This document shows, piece after piece, positions 39,388 through 53,330 of a DNA stretch of 64,000 nucleotides. Position 1 is the first letter of the stretch. Each line of letters begins with the position of its first letter. Position numbers and translations under genes: made by a program. Source of the DNA: Kudoa neothunni (taxonomy: Eukaryota > Animalia > Cnidaria); assembly GCA_964304625.1 (NCBI GenBank), contig OZ199840.1, forward strand, positions 4,676,966 to 4,740,965. The letters are read 5' to 3'. The notes under the pieces are model-generated. The model was given only the letters and a program-made list of their open reading frames with translations. It did no database searches and was not told where the DNA came from.

Positions 39388-42300
39388 GGCAGTGATTATT
39401 GACCCGCAGATCGGTTTTACGATCGTTTCACTATTTTGTAATCATAAAAAAGTAAAGTTAGGATTTTAATTTTCTAATTGTTAAATTACAACGTTTACAA
39501 ACATATTTTTAATATTCGAGTCGCTCCAGTTGGGAATTGTTATCGGTACCGCGTGATTATCTTTTTCTAATATTATTTATTTAACATATATTTTATCGCG
39601 TTAATTTGTGAATAAATCGATATGGTGATAGTATCTAAATTAATCAGTGGCGTTAAATTTTATGAACCTTGTATTTCATGTAGCATGGTTATTCATACGC
39701 AATGGACAGTAACGAAAATGATGGGAGCAACCATAACGTTAGCACTAACGAGAATGGTTTTTTTAACGTTGGTAATACGTTTAATAGCTTTTAAGAGTTA
39801 AGTTGAAAATCGAACAGTTGGATTTACGCGATAAATATACGATGTCCATATTAAATCCATTATTAAAATATTATCAATTAAAATATTGTTGTATTCACAG
39901 AGGAAACAAGGTTAATCGTTCTATTTTATTAAATATTTTTTCATTTAAAATTAATTATTGTTTTGTCTTAAGAAATATTTTTATTTTGCCGTTAAGTTAT
40001 TTATTGGTTTTATTACTTTAGAGAAAGCAATCAACTGACCAACGAAATACGAACTTTTATTACAATGGATGCCCAATGTTTTTAAGGTTTCTAATTGACA
40101 CCGACGAAAAAAAAACTCGTGTTAAAATCTCTTAGTTTACCCCAAAAATTCTCGTCAAAGACAAAGATACCTAATGATAAGGAGGTTACATATATTATGC
40201 AACTCGTTGAAATCGACGATAATTCAAAAGCTATCCGAGAAAACATTTTTAGCGAGAAAGAAAAATGCGTTTCATCGAAAAAGCTAAGAAACACTAAATA
40301 TTCAATTAAATCCCATTCAACCACATTCGATTTTTTGTTAACTCTAAAAAATAAATCAGGTGTATTTACTGAAGTGTTAGAAGGTGAAAATAATTTTAAG
40401 CGTCTATTTTATCAAGATCTAGACATGAAAAAATGTCTGAAAGCTTACCCCGAAATAATATTCGTTGACGCCACATAAAATTATTAGATTGTATGGATCC
40501 AGTTTATTTTCTTGCGGTAATGGATGGGAGAGGAATAAGCGAGATAATGGAAACAGGAATCCTCACCCAAGAAACTGAGGAAATACTGTCATGGATTATT
40601 CAAACAATTAAAAAGCATAACCCAGTCATAGAAAACGAGACTAACATTTTTATGACAGATAAAGACATGGTGAAGCGAAAAGTTTTAAAAAATATTCTTC
40701 CAAATGTTAACATTAAATTATGTCTTTACCATATCTTAAAGGCATTTGATCGTGAAATCTAAGTCAAGAAAATGAACACTAATTCTAAGGAAAAAGAAAT
40801 TTCTCTCTTCTATCTTCAAAAAATCTCATACGCCAAAAACAATGATGAATATAATTCTATAAAAAACAATTTAAGGATAACGTAGGAGAAAACGTTTATC
40901 GTTATTTAAAAATAATAGGAATACCATCAAAGGTGAATGGGTTATTTTTTCATAGATACGATGGAATGTTCTTAAATTTTACCAAAAATAGAATTGAAAG
41001 TGTCAATTCCAAAGTAAAACAACTGATTCCATTGTTTTCTTCGTTTGAAGAATTTTTCAAGAAGTTGCTGGGTTATATAAATACTTCAAGAATGGGTAAC
41101 GATAATAAGTTTGTTCACGAAATTTTAGACACCTCAAAAATTCATACATCCTGATATAATCGAATATTATAATTATTTGACCAAATATCCATTTCAAATG
41201 GTTTCAAATAAATATGTCAAAATTCTTCTATCGCCAGAAAACATCGGTGACGAAATTTTTCTGAATATGTTTTCTAATGATAAATGTGATTGTCCTTTTA
41301 GAATTAGCATGAACTTACCATGCTGTTTCGTATTTACATCTCGGAAAAAGTGTAATCTTCCACTTTTTAATAAATTGTTGTGCTCCCAGAGATGGGTAAA
41401 AATTAATTTATTGAAAATTCGAGGTTGCAAAAAAATGATGTTGACTTTGAAAGCAGTTGGATTACTTTCAGTTCCTTATCCAAAAATATTCAATATTCAG
41501 AACAAACAAAATTTAATGAAGCTTCTAGATTAATGAAAAGCGTTTCTGCTAGAACCTCAGAAAAAACAGACCCTGAATATAATTATTGGATGGATACGTT
41601 GAAACAGTTGGTGGAATACATTAAAATAATGAAAAAATCATGATAAAAAGACAGCGATGATGACTCTATACTCTACTCTACTCTATATGTGAGGTCTCAA
41701 CAACCTCAAACGAAAACATCACTGTGTCTTAAAGTATTTTTCCCTATAATATAACGCAATATTAATTTAGATGTTTTAGATTCAGAATTAACTCATTGTC
41801 CTATGAACGAAAGTCAACAACTGTAAAACAGAATCCCTGTTAAAAGCTTTATTCTAATTACATGGAAAAATCAAATAATAGTGAAAAAAACATCCACAAT
41901 ATCTGTTGAAAATAAAAAAATTGCAAATAACACATAATTAATTATATTTTAGACAAAAAATATAGAATTAATTTTGCCTTCCAAATTTGAATATAAAAGC
42001 CGCCCGAAGGGTTCATCTACGACTGTAATTGTTAAGAAAAGATCTAAAGTTCACATGAGTTCGTTCATGAATTTAATTGAAAAGCAAAAAATTTCGAGTA
42101 TATTATAAATTTTTTAAATCATTGATAGCTATGCTGATTTGGTTTGTTGATTAAAATATTGCGAGAAAAGCTATGGTTAATAAAGGAAAAATTGATGAAA
42201 AGGATGTCGAGGTTAAAACTGATAAAAGACTTCCTAATCTTACTGACATAAGCTACAAAAAAACTGTTGGCTATACGTGCAATATCTGTGAAAACACGAT

Positions 42301-43350
42301 TGGGAACATGGAATCATCCATAGGTTGTGATATTTGCTTAGAATGAAGTCATTTCAAATGTCAAAATATCAGTGTTAGCCCATATTATAAGTTTTGATGT
42401 TGCAACAAATATAAAAATTTATTCAAGAACAAATAAAAGAATAGTCTTATTTGAATTATTTTCAAAATTATTTACGATTTTTCCTGATACAAATCTTTTT
42501 TATTGCAACTACGAATAACGTCAAATTAAATTATATTTTTAATATTTTAGTCACGTGATTGACAGAATAAGTACTATTTCTTTTGTACACAGTACTGGTT
42601 ATTATAAGATAGATTTATTAAAAAACTTTGTTTTGATATTAAATTCTATCATCTTAATCGATTCCTATGATGAAGATTTATATTTAAATCGTAATATCTT
42701 ATATATAACCAATATCAAATAATCTTCATGTTTATAAGTATACCAATATAATTAATAATTTTTTAGAACACCGGATAGAGATATTTACTTGCTCATTCGA
42801 AATAACTTCAAAAGTTTAATTTATTTAAATAGCAAACATAATTCCAATATAAATTATGTCAAATTGTTTTACCAATTGACTAAATGTATTTTTGCTCGTT
42901 ATGCATTATGTAAACTAACTTATTAGTACGAATCAACTTATAGAGGTTAAATATCAATAAATAATGATTAATTATTGTCCCAAATAGAATCAAATATATC
43001 TCAAGATTTATTTTTAGATGCATTTTAAGAGTAAATGTAACACATAGTTAAGTCAACAGAATATGTAAATATGATGTTAATATTTTTATAGAAAATTTAA
43101 GCCATATTAATCCAATGATTCATAAATATATTAGTTTATGTGAGAGTATCATTTTTCACGAGTGTAATAATGAAAATCTTGATTCTACCCGTGTCCAAAT
43201 AGGTTTTTGAGTATTTTCTTCAATAAAACTTGATTTATAGATGTACTTATTGTTAAAATGCTATTTGGAATATTAAATTTAGTTGTATATCAACTTAAAA
43301 TAAATTTATAGAGTATGCGATGCTAATCTGCCGGGCCAATAGTCACTTCC
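39388..43350 (+). mobile_element. Full-length but inactivated Mutator-like (MULE) transposon, ZSWIM3-like transposase with SWIM and C-terminal PHD-like finger
   Basis: TIRs GGCAGTGATTATTGACCCG-CAGAT and (reverse complement) GGAAGTGACTATTGGCCCGGCAGAT, 21/25 identical. Fragments YPEIIFVDAT, FMTDKD, LCLYHILKAF, TKNRIESVNSKVK (D-D-CxxH-E), SWIM CDCPFRISMNLPCC, and CNIC...IGCDICLE*SHFKC (about 42277-42410). (TA)n on both sides. Confidence 0.9.
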
Positions 43351-43387
<37 letters not shown>

Positions 43388-45349
43388 CCTCCTTACTTCA
43401 CGCTGTTTAGCAAACAACAAAAAATGTATGATAATAAGTGTTGGTTAGATTACGCGTCTATGTGACACCGAAAAACGTCAATTAAACCTCGTTATCCCAA
43501 ATGGAACATCGTCGAATCTACAATCTGTATTAGTGAGAAAAAAGGAGGCTATTTCATGAGATACTGATGATTATACTTAATTTTAAAAGATTTCCTCCTT
43601 CTGATATTCATCATAAAAATTCAACCTTGTTAATATCATTTTAATAATCTTTTCAAGACGCTTTGAAAAATTTCAAAATCAATATTTTTTAAGCCCATCT
43701 TCTAATTAGAACGTTGAATCAAAAGCAGCCTTCTTTTAGCCCGACACTATATTACAAGTCGATGTAAATATGAGTCTCCTCTATTTCTCTGGTGCAGAGC
43801 ATCACACCTGCTACTATCAACAAAGAGCTTTTTATGCAGCAAGTTCTCACGGACAGATAACGACAATGAATCATGTTAGACCAGCCCCTAATTTAAGTGG
43901 ATGATAACAACATAAATTAGTTATAAATGTTCGAATTAATGTTTTTAGTACAGTTTCCGCAATTCAGTGGAATTAGAGACATCACAAGCTTCATAATCTT
44001 AATTATTAAGATTAATTCGAATATTATATACGAAAATGATTTTTCGTCAATATAATTAGAAAAAATTCAAATTTATTCGACATCGCCAAACACACAGACA
44101 ATACGAATTTTCACATAGACACCAATTATTAATTTCCATATTTGTCCAGAATTGCAAATCACCTAGACAAACATCAGTTATACTAAAAGAAATAAAGGGA
44201 TCAATACCTAAAATATCATTAATTCAGACTATCGGATCAGTATTAGCTCGGACCAACTTTGCAATCATTAATTTCTCAAAACAGCATTAAAGGTTATCTG
44301 TTAATTCCACGGAATTAGAAAATAATTATTGATATCGGTAAACGTCTGGCAATCGACTCACAAAGCATTATAATTAAATCCTAATGACATTGCAGGAAAT
44401 TAAAAAAAATGCAACCTATTTCAATTAAAATATAGTTATGGATGTTAGATTACGAGTGGCATTAATTAACTAAATAGGGCCAAACGATGAGAACCGAATA
44501 TTTTTCGTACGAAAACGACGATCAACACAAACGACAAATTGTGTCCACTAATGAATTCGGTGACCATATTTTGAGAGATTTTTGGTTTAATTGTTCACAC
44601 CTCCAGTGGATTAGAAATGTAAATGTTATGCTTTTTATATAGTATGCATAAAGAAGATTATATGCCAGATATTTTGTTAGATATCGGATTAAAACTCCGC
44701 TGAACTTTTTATGAGAACATACAATTCAATTATTAGAACATTGTTTAACCTATACATTAGATGGAATAAAATTTAAGTATAATACGGTGAAACCAACAAT
44801 GATTAGGCCGATATTTATAATCACTTACACTGGATTTTATCTAAATCAATAATCCAGTGATGGCTCGATGGAAAACCATCATGAGCCAGGTATTTAACGA
44901 TTCCTGTAAATTTAAAATTATCCTAAGGTTTAATCGGCATATATTAATTCTCTAATTTCATATTAATTTTTGGCGTCAAACTACACCCAAAAAACTCGAT
45001 TATAGCATGAGGAATATTTCCAAAATTCTGATATGGTGTGGAAATAGAAGCTTTGTGCTGATCGCTTATTAAAATTAATCAAATCCAACTTAAAGATGTA
45101 TATTGTTTGCGATCTACTAGAGAGGATAGATGTGAGGTTAACAGTTTTTTTTAATCTACATTAATCGTATTAGATAACATTATTTTAAACTACCCAGGTG
45201 TGTGATTTGTGTTTCTTTTCCAGCAACTTAATTCACACTGTATTGATCTTATTGTGATAGTGTGGAATTGTGTTTGTTTTGGTGTGAGTTTAAGATAGGA
45301 ACGATTGTTGTTTACGCCCTTGGGAATTTAGTGTTGTAGTTGAAGTGAG

Positions 45350-47131
45350 ATGGAGCTGTCAGAAATGGCTATTGGTATAGCCAATCTACCAAACCAGATA
45401 CATAGGAGGAATGTTATCAAGGGTTTTGATTTCAATTTGTTGGTTGTCGGTGATAGTGGTCTTGGTAAATCCACATTTTTGAATATGTTATTTCAAAGCA
45501 ATCTCTACACCGAAGTACCCTACGAAAACTATCAGAAAGATACCTCCTCCGCCTCCCCCAAAGTACTAGACACTTGCAATAAAATATATCCACCACTAAG
45601 GATTTATCAAACTATTATTGATTGCATAGTTTAATTCCTCGCTAATAACCCTGGTGGAAAATGCCGTCAAATTGAATATGGAATTGATTGAATTGAATGA
45701 TATTGATTGGAGTATGGATGATCAACAAAAGTAATCAAATGAATAACTCATTGTTTGGTTGGCCACATAAAACCTTCTCTGCTGTGTAGATGGGACCAGG
45801 TTGTATCCTATATTACCTCTCGTTTACAGAAATTTTTGGATAACGAAGATTCAGAGGTGGCTAAAGTTGACGGCTCTCAACGTCGTGACTCAAGAATTCA
45901 TTGTTGTTTGTATTTCATACCACCTACCGGTCATCGATTACGTGCGGTTGATGTGAATTTCCTTAAAACAATCTGCAGATGGGTATTGTCTTGTTGTTTG
46001 CAAGAGCGAGAATAAGTTGGTGTTGGTAGGTGAACGTTGTTCCTTTGATAGCCAAAGCTGACACCTTGACTCCAGACGAGATGAAAAGTTTCAAGAAGAG
46101 AGTAGTTTCAATGTGTTTGTATGTGAATTGTGGAATGTTTGGCCGATTAGATTCGTGAAGATTTACACTTTCACAATATCCAACTATACATCTTTCCTGA
46201 TTTGAATGGCACTGAAGTGTACGAATCCAATGCTTCAAATGAGGATAATGCTGCTGCCAGTCTGTCACAACATTACGTACAATTTTGTGTGTGTGGATTC
46301 AAAATTGAAACCTAGCTATATAAAGAGTGCAATGCCATTTGCTGTGACCGGAAGTTTGACGTGTGTATCGAATGAAGGAGCTCCTGCCACCTACGTTAGA
46401 AAATATCCATGGGGAACAGTGAAGATAGATGACCCCAAACATTCAGATTTTGAGACTTTTAACAATCTCTTCCTAAAGTACACCATCTAATAAATGTGGG
46501 ATTTTTTCCAAATGTATTTCTGTCTCTTCCACCTAGGACACACATGTTCCATTTGATATTTTCCACAAAACATCAAATCTACGAGAAATATAGAAGAAAC
46601 AAACTTCTCATGAAATTAGGATTCTCGGAAGAAGTTACTTCCGATATCGAAAATGATGTGTTGTCCTGTAGTGATATGTCGCTACTAGCACATGAGTAAG
46701 TTTTGACTCTATTCGCACCATAGCTGACGTTTTTTATCCGGCAGAGTTATGGATATGGAACTCTCGATGAAAAAGGAACATGACGACATGAAGAAATTGG
46801 AGCACGATCTCGATGTGGAATACAACCAAAAGGCGGAAGAGTTACGTCAGATTACCGAAAAAAGCATGGAAGAAGTAATCCGCTATTGTTATGCTTGTCG
46901 TTCTGATCGTGCTGTGCCACCTATAGTATGAATCGAAATACAAAATTTTAGAAAAGGAGCTAGAAGATGAGACCGCAGTTAAAGCTAATGTGTCTCGAGC
47001 TCACTCCAAGGCTTCAAAGTAAATTACCAATTTATCTCTTTCAATCATGCTGTTAGCATATTTCTATAAATCTCATTTTTAGGAGCGATAAGAAAAAATT
47101 ACTCGCTACAGGAAAAACTAAATCCAAGTAG
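45350..47131 (+). CDS. Septin (SEPT2/SEPT7-like group), multi-exon
   Basis: [31 protein letters not shown] (G1), [32 protein letters not shown] (G4), [34 protein letters not shown], and a C-terminal coiled coil. Confidence 0.95.
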
Positions 47132-48005
47132 GATGTTCTATCCTCAGCTTGTTGGATTTATTATTTGGAAGATACAAATATTCAATTTTGGGCTATTATT
47201 AAGCTAAGCATAGTGGATGTCGTTTATTATTTGATTCGTTCTTTTCCGTATTACAATGAGAATTTTAATGCCTAATTTCACCGCATACCACGATTTTTAA
47301 CCTTTAACTCATAATCTTCTTCTGTCTTCTTCATCCCATTAGTTTTCACATCCATTATTTGTACGAACTGATTGTTAATTTTCTTTTGAAGATTTATGTA
47401 GTCAGTTCATATATTAAGAAAATTAAGATTAAAATATCTATTAAATCAAAGTTTAAATTAAAGAATTAATATAAATTATTGATTGTCAATAATTTAGGTT
47501 TTTTCGTTTAAGACAATCAAAGGAAAATATTTGTATGGTAAAATTTTTAGTAAACCGTAATTTTTTCCCGATAATTTTTGGATATTTATTATTTGATCAT
47601 TGCCGATAGAACACTGTGTATATATGGTGTTATTGATTGTTGAACATGAGTGGTTTAAAGTGGAATTTAGTTCTTTTAAAATTAATTTTTCCAAATAAAA
47701 ATTCTTCACTAAACATTCGTGATGATTAATCATCAAAGAATAACGAGACCAAAAAAGGGCGAAAAGTACATAGAAACTAATTACATTATCAACACGCCAA
47801 CAAGGTGAATCAACTTGCAGGTCTCCCTTGCGACAATAGCGGAACACAAATTTACTAAAAATTGGAGGTTTATTGTGACTAAAAACACTTCAAATCAGAT
47901 TATTTTATGTTTATGGAGCAATTCCAATGGTCTGGAAAAACATTTTATCGTATATTAATACGAAATCCAGTGATTAAATTATTCATTTTGGCCTATTCTC
48001 TATAT

Positions 48006-48627
48006 CAGTGGTGGGCAAATTGCGGGAGCATGTACATGTTTTCAAAATCTAGAAACACCAAGACAGCATTTATCTTCCATAAACAAATAAATAAACAACC
48101 TTTTGATGAATATTATGGATTTGTAAACTTTAATTTTACGCGATTTTATTATATGATTTGATGTTTTATCTATGACTATCATATGTAACTGTGAATGAAT
48201 TAAGATCTGGTACGTGCTTAAAACAAAATCACGTCATAAATTTCAGAAAAAAATGGTACACGAGGTTCAATTCACAACACAAAGAATCTAAAAATAACTA
48301 AATAGCAGAAAAACATATGAGCATGCAATACTCATACATAAATTAGGTTTGACGCAATAATAACTATATCCGTATTTTCCATTACATTCGCTGAGTTGAA
48401 AAAAATCTAATTTATTAACATATTTGAAAAGCGATAAAATCTATTATTCCGATCGAAATTTGAAATAGTATGCCGATCACCAAATTTCTATTTTTTAAAA
48501 ATTATTTAGTTCCTTTTTAAATTAATTCATACTCTAACTTGTTTATTGTACCGAAAATGTTAGAAAAACCACCAATAGATATTTAAGTTCCCAGAAAACA
48601 CATTATCAACAATGCGGCCCTCCACTG
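48006..48627. mobile_element. Non-autonomous hAT-like remnant
   Basis: cagtggtgggcaaattgcgg at the left and atgcggccctccactg at the right resemble SPIN/Charlie-type termini. Confidence 0.4.
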
Positions 48628-49099
48628 AAATACGTTATAATGTTAAAATTAGAAATAATTATTTTTCAGTTTATAAATTTTTTCAAAAGTTTTTTTTAAT
48701 CTTCCAAGCGCCTCAAAATCGGCGATACACTTGGACACTTGGTGTCTTTGGAGTCAAATTCAATAAATAGCCGAGTAATCGCATATAGAATTCAATAAAA
48801 ATTTCTCCACAAATTTCTATCGTATTTACATCGCGTGTATACAAAATAATACGAATTTGTGTGGATTTATTGGCGCAGCCTGTATTATGGTTGACTTGGA
48901 CTTTTTTATTACGAATTAAAGTGAAAAATCAATTTTTGGCTTGTAAAAATGGTTTAAAATATTGTTCACTTCAATTGTTGATAAATTAAGTTCATTTGTA
49001 AAGTGAGTAACAAATTAGTTTCCAAAAGTTGGTAGTTGGTAGTTGGTAACCGCTTTTACGTAATCCTCTCGGGGTCGAGGAAAAAATAAAGTAGTCATT

Positions 49100-49717
49100 T
49101 AACCGCCTTAATCTATTCTGGATCACATGTAAACAATATGAATTTTTTTTATATCGTCCTTTGGATATAATTTAGACTATAAACATTAGTCTTCTCACAA
49201 AACACATTCAAATCCTCATTTTTATCATCAAACCCACTAGAATCTGAATTTTGATGATTAAAATAGGTGACATAAAATATTTCGTTAGAATCGTTCTCAT
49301 AATCAGTGAGAAAAATCTAATCAAAATCTTCCTTAGGCTTTTGTCAGCATATTTCGGGTAAATTCGTGCGAAAGGCGCGGTAAAATGGATGCATCGGTGT
49401 CATCTCGTATGACCTCGGTTACATATTTTCCTTATTTTCTCAGTATTCTTTCTGTAGAATTCAACCATTCATTTATTTAAATATTCTGTTATCAATCAAA
49501 GCAATTAAAATCCTGGGGTCAAATTGACCCCAAAATCACCAAGTAAGTTTTTTTGTACATTCTACTTTTTCAAATTTTTATTGAATAATTATAAAACACT
49601 ATTTATTTTAGGTGAATACACCGAATATTACAATTTTTTAATTCTTCCATGTATATAAAACTTGTAATACAATAGGCTTTGGGGTCAGTTTGACCCCAGA
49701 AACGCTCGGAAGGTTAA
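49100..49717. mobile_element. piggyBac-like terminal remnant
   Basis: Two GGGGTCA-N-TGACCCC palindromes (about 49515 and 49681) and an end cggaaggTTAA. The left end was not found. Confidence 0.5.
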
Positions 49718-50439
49718 TATCTAAATGGCATATAACTATTAAAAATATAATACCTATAATATAGTTATTATTGAAAAATAACATCCAAACTTCTAATTAT
49801 TTTTACCAACAAAACTAAAGAATTCATTATTTTCATTTTTTAAATTCATAAGTCACTATTGAAAAACAAAATTAGTAATGGACATCGAATTAAACAATAA
49901 AAAATAAACTAGCCAAAAAATACTGACACAATTAGAGAAAAAAATAATCCAACCAACTATAGGATCAAAAATTATTAAACCTCTAGAGTTAAACTTAAGT
50001 TATTCTTTAAAAAAAAAATGGAGTCCCGTATTGGGCCAAAATTGGCGCGCATTATAATGAGGAGTTGTTTAATATTTAAAGTTAGTTAGTTAGTATTTGA
50101 CCACCTACTAGATTTTAAAAGATCTATTCTAGATTATAACATTATTTAAGTTTAATGCTTATGGATTTTGAAATAACGTCTCAAAATAATAATCTTCAAT
50201 TAATTTCGGGTTATTTCGTTTCAAACATAAAATGTTTCTAGTAACTTTTTCCACATTGATTGAATCCTAAAATTATTTATAATTAATTAAAAAATCGTAA
50301 CAACTCACTTACAAATAGAATAAGTGACTATAATGTAGATAATTTATTTAAATCATTAGATTTACTTGTCTTCGGCAAACTTCGTTAAATATACAGCTTA
50401 AATTATTTAGTAACTCTTTTTGCATCTTTCGATAGAACC

Positions 50440-50800
50440 ATGCCTACCGAAATACAAAAAAGAAATCTATAACAAATATCTCCTAAAAAGAATGCGTGTG
50501 AAAATAACAGATGGAAGAGTATATGATGGAGTGTTGGTTGCTACTGATAATTCAGCGAATATTATCCTATGCTACGCCAACGAGTACATTTCTGATTCAA
50601 GTATAATAATGGCTGAATGAGATTAATCCAACAACTAATTTTTGTTAGATAACGATCATAAATTTCTACGAAAACTTAGAGATGTGATTATTTATGGAGA
50701 CAAAATTGTAAAAATCGAAATGACAAACCACCCATTTCAATGTGATAAAAATATGGTCGATATATATCAAATTTATAAAAATAACACATCATATGTTTAA
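50440..50800 (+). CDS. Sm/LSm-domain protein, most like the NatC auxiliary subunit NAA38 (LSMD1/Mak31)
   Basis: YLLKRMRVKITDGRVYDGVLVATDNSANIILCYANEY (Sm1), intron, RKLRDVIIYGDKIVKIE (Sm2). The start is uncertain: the ATG at 50440 needs a 1-nt correction in the A6 run, or there is an upstream exon. Confidence 0.8.
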
Positions 50801-50819
50801 TATATATGAGAGAGAATTT

Positions 50820-51712
50820 CTACACGTAGCTTTGTGTGTTTTGTTTTGCGGGCCATATACTCGAAAAATTTAATAATGAAAGCTTTGATATTAGATTGGG
50901 CTGAGCCATAGGAATCACATTTTTTATGAGCCTTGAAAATTAATAATTATCACCAATAGAAATAACAAAAATAATATGCGTTTGAGAGCTCACCATAGGG
51001 AAGATATCGATTGAGAAAATAATCCACCTATTGTGAGGAGTGTACTTTGTAACTTTATTTTGGTGGATATTAATACAATTAGAAATAGGTGATTGTTATG
51101 TATTTTAGATACCAACGTAGCAGCATATATGGTCAACAATACCGACCCCACCAACGTGCCTAGAGGAATAGCAGAGTTCCTATTGGATAGAATATTCTTT
51201 AACCATCCCACTCCGACGATAAATAAAATCCTATATTAATTGTTATTCTAGTGTGTAAGTAGTAGTAATTTTAAAGCTACCCTGCAAACAGGAAAATAAC
51301 TGAAAACATGCTGACCAATATAAACTTTCTTAGATGGATCACCGCCATTGGAGTTAAAATCAGTAACTAAATGGCCATTAGAAACTGAATTCTAATGTAA
51401 TGGATATGATTTTGAATCCGAATTGTTACATAAAAAAAACAAAATAATGATGCAGCCAAACACATCATAGAAGCTAAAATTCGTTGAAACCAATCCTAAA
51501 ATAAATATTATTGAAAAACATTGATATAATAGATATCTACTAAATTCATTGCATCATTGATTAGTTGAAAAACCATATAATTAGCTGAAACAACAGCAAA
51601 TAATGCAACAGTTTGATTCTTTCGTTATCACTTCGTTTGCTATCGATGTAATCAACGAGTGTCCTGGGGGTTGGGCTAGCGTATGTGCCTCCACATTTAA
51701 CTTACCCACCAT
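50820..51712 (-). CDS. Got1/Sft2-family vesicle transport protein (SFT2-like), multi-exon
   Basis: WFQRILASMMCLAASLFCFF...HLRKFILVSMFSVIFLFA...GWLKNILSNRNSAIPLGTLVGSVLLTIYAATL/LQSTLLTIGGLFSQSISSLW shows four hydrophobic segments in the Sft2 pattern. Confidence 0.8.
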
Positions 51713-52399
51713 TAACAATTGGACAATTTGTTAATGTAATTTTATTGTTTAAAGAATTAATGAATTAAACTTTTTAATTACTCCTTTAACTTAACTTACC
51801 TTAAAGATGAGCTAGACTATTAATGTATAAGGTTATGTCGGAACGATAGAACCAAATTATCTGCTTAATTCTTGGATCTAGTTCTGCATTACATGTAATA
51901 CTAATTGCCTCAGATATTTTGAGTGAGCTACGCCTTATCGCACATATAAGATAGAAAGAGTGTGGATTTCGTTTTCTCAATAAAAGGAGGGTGTGAATCC
52001 GATTCGAGCTTGGAAGCACTGTTCCATTTATAGGCCGCAACGGCGCACTAATTTTCCGCGTATTGATTTTAAATTCTTTGAAAAACTTTCTCGTATTAAA
52101 ATAATGATATTTTTAAATAATTACTGATGGCATCTATCATTTGGCTCTTTAGAGTGATCGAAGATTGTTGGAGAACTCCTACATAACCATATATAGTGGG
52201 GTCACCAATGTTTTGGACTTGTGGGCGGGTCGTATTTTTGATTTTCCTAAGCTTTGAGGACCGCCTCAATTTTTTTTTAACAGTTACAAAAATAACATAA
52301 ATACACAAAATTATGAAATTATGAAATTTTGTTTGGATGTGAAACATGAAACAGATTTCTGTCCGATAACGTTTTGTCCCATCTCAGTGCAAAAAATAA

Positions 52400-53330
52400 T
52401 TCCAATCGTAAGAAACACATTGAGGAAATTATCTGATAACCGATTTTAGTGATAATATTTAGTATTTTTCATTTTTGAGGGCTCAATGGGATAAAAACAA
52501 CCGGCTGTCTTACATATAATTTAAAAAACGGAGTGGCAATCGCAATTGATCCGTATTATCCGCATATGCGGGTTGTCTATTGCTACCGGAGGGAACAACT
52601 TCAAATCTAAGAATCCAGTTTAAATTTGAAATCAACATTTGTAGTTAATGATTTTGGCTTAACATAATGAACTGTTTTGGATAAAATTTGAGCCAGCGAA
52701 AAATACAACATTATCGTAAGGTGTTTTGGGTTAAAAAAGCTTCAATTTACCTTTTTAACGTTGGATAAAATTAATATGCAAAATTGAGTTAGAAAAATTT
52801 ATTAGACTGATTATGATACAATTTTTGAGCTCAAATAAAACTTTTTTTAATAAACAATTAGTATTTTAAATAGATAGTATACTGTTTTTTTATAGAAAAA
52901 CTCTCGGTGGGGATGAAAGCTCTAACTAATATTTGTTAATATTTTAATGATTTTATTTCGTATTATTTTGTGCTAACTTCCTTTGAAATATTTATATTAC
53001 ACAAAGTCTACAGGTAAAAAATGGATATTTTAATAGACAATTCTCATAAATTCCCTTACTTTATGTTCTAAACGATAACAACGATACTCATTTTTTCAGT
53101 CAAACTAGGGATGCATAAGTTATGCAAAATGTTCAAATAGGATCATCAGCAGCAGGTAAATACAAGGGTACACTAATAAGGATACAAATTGTGGAATTCA
53201 TCGACAATATTTGGATTTACAATTATTGCGAGTTCAAACGCTTATTTATTGTCTCAATCAGCACAAATTTTCAACAAAATTGAAGAGTTAGTCGCATTAG
53301 GTGATCAACCAAAAATAATCAAGTAACAAC
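52400..53330 (+). mobile_element. Highly decayed Helitron (PIF1-like helicase) coding remnant
   Basis: FFIFEGSMG (cf. FFLDGPGG), GVAIAI..., LLLPEGTT (cf. ATLLPGGxTAH), and later GKYKGTLIRI...EFKR (cf. GxxVxIPRI...FKRxQFP). Many stops and frameshifts. Confidence 0.45.

Noticed and set aside
43400-44900. Possible non-LTR retrotransposon remnant (DHILRD-like motif near 44560)
   Set aside because: Too degenerate; no RT or endonuclease motif could be read.
45190-45350. Trans-splice acceptors just upstream of ATGs (septin, LSm, RhoGEF, LIM)
   Set aside because: Plausible cis donors lie upstream at least for the septin and LIM genes, so 5' UTR introns suffice. No SL RNA gene was recognised.
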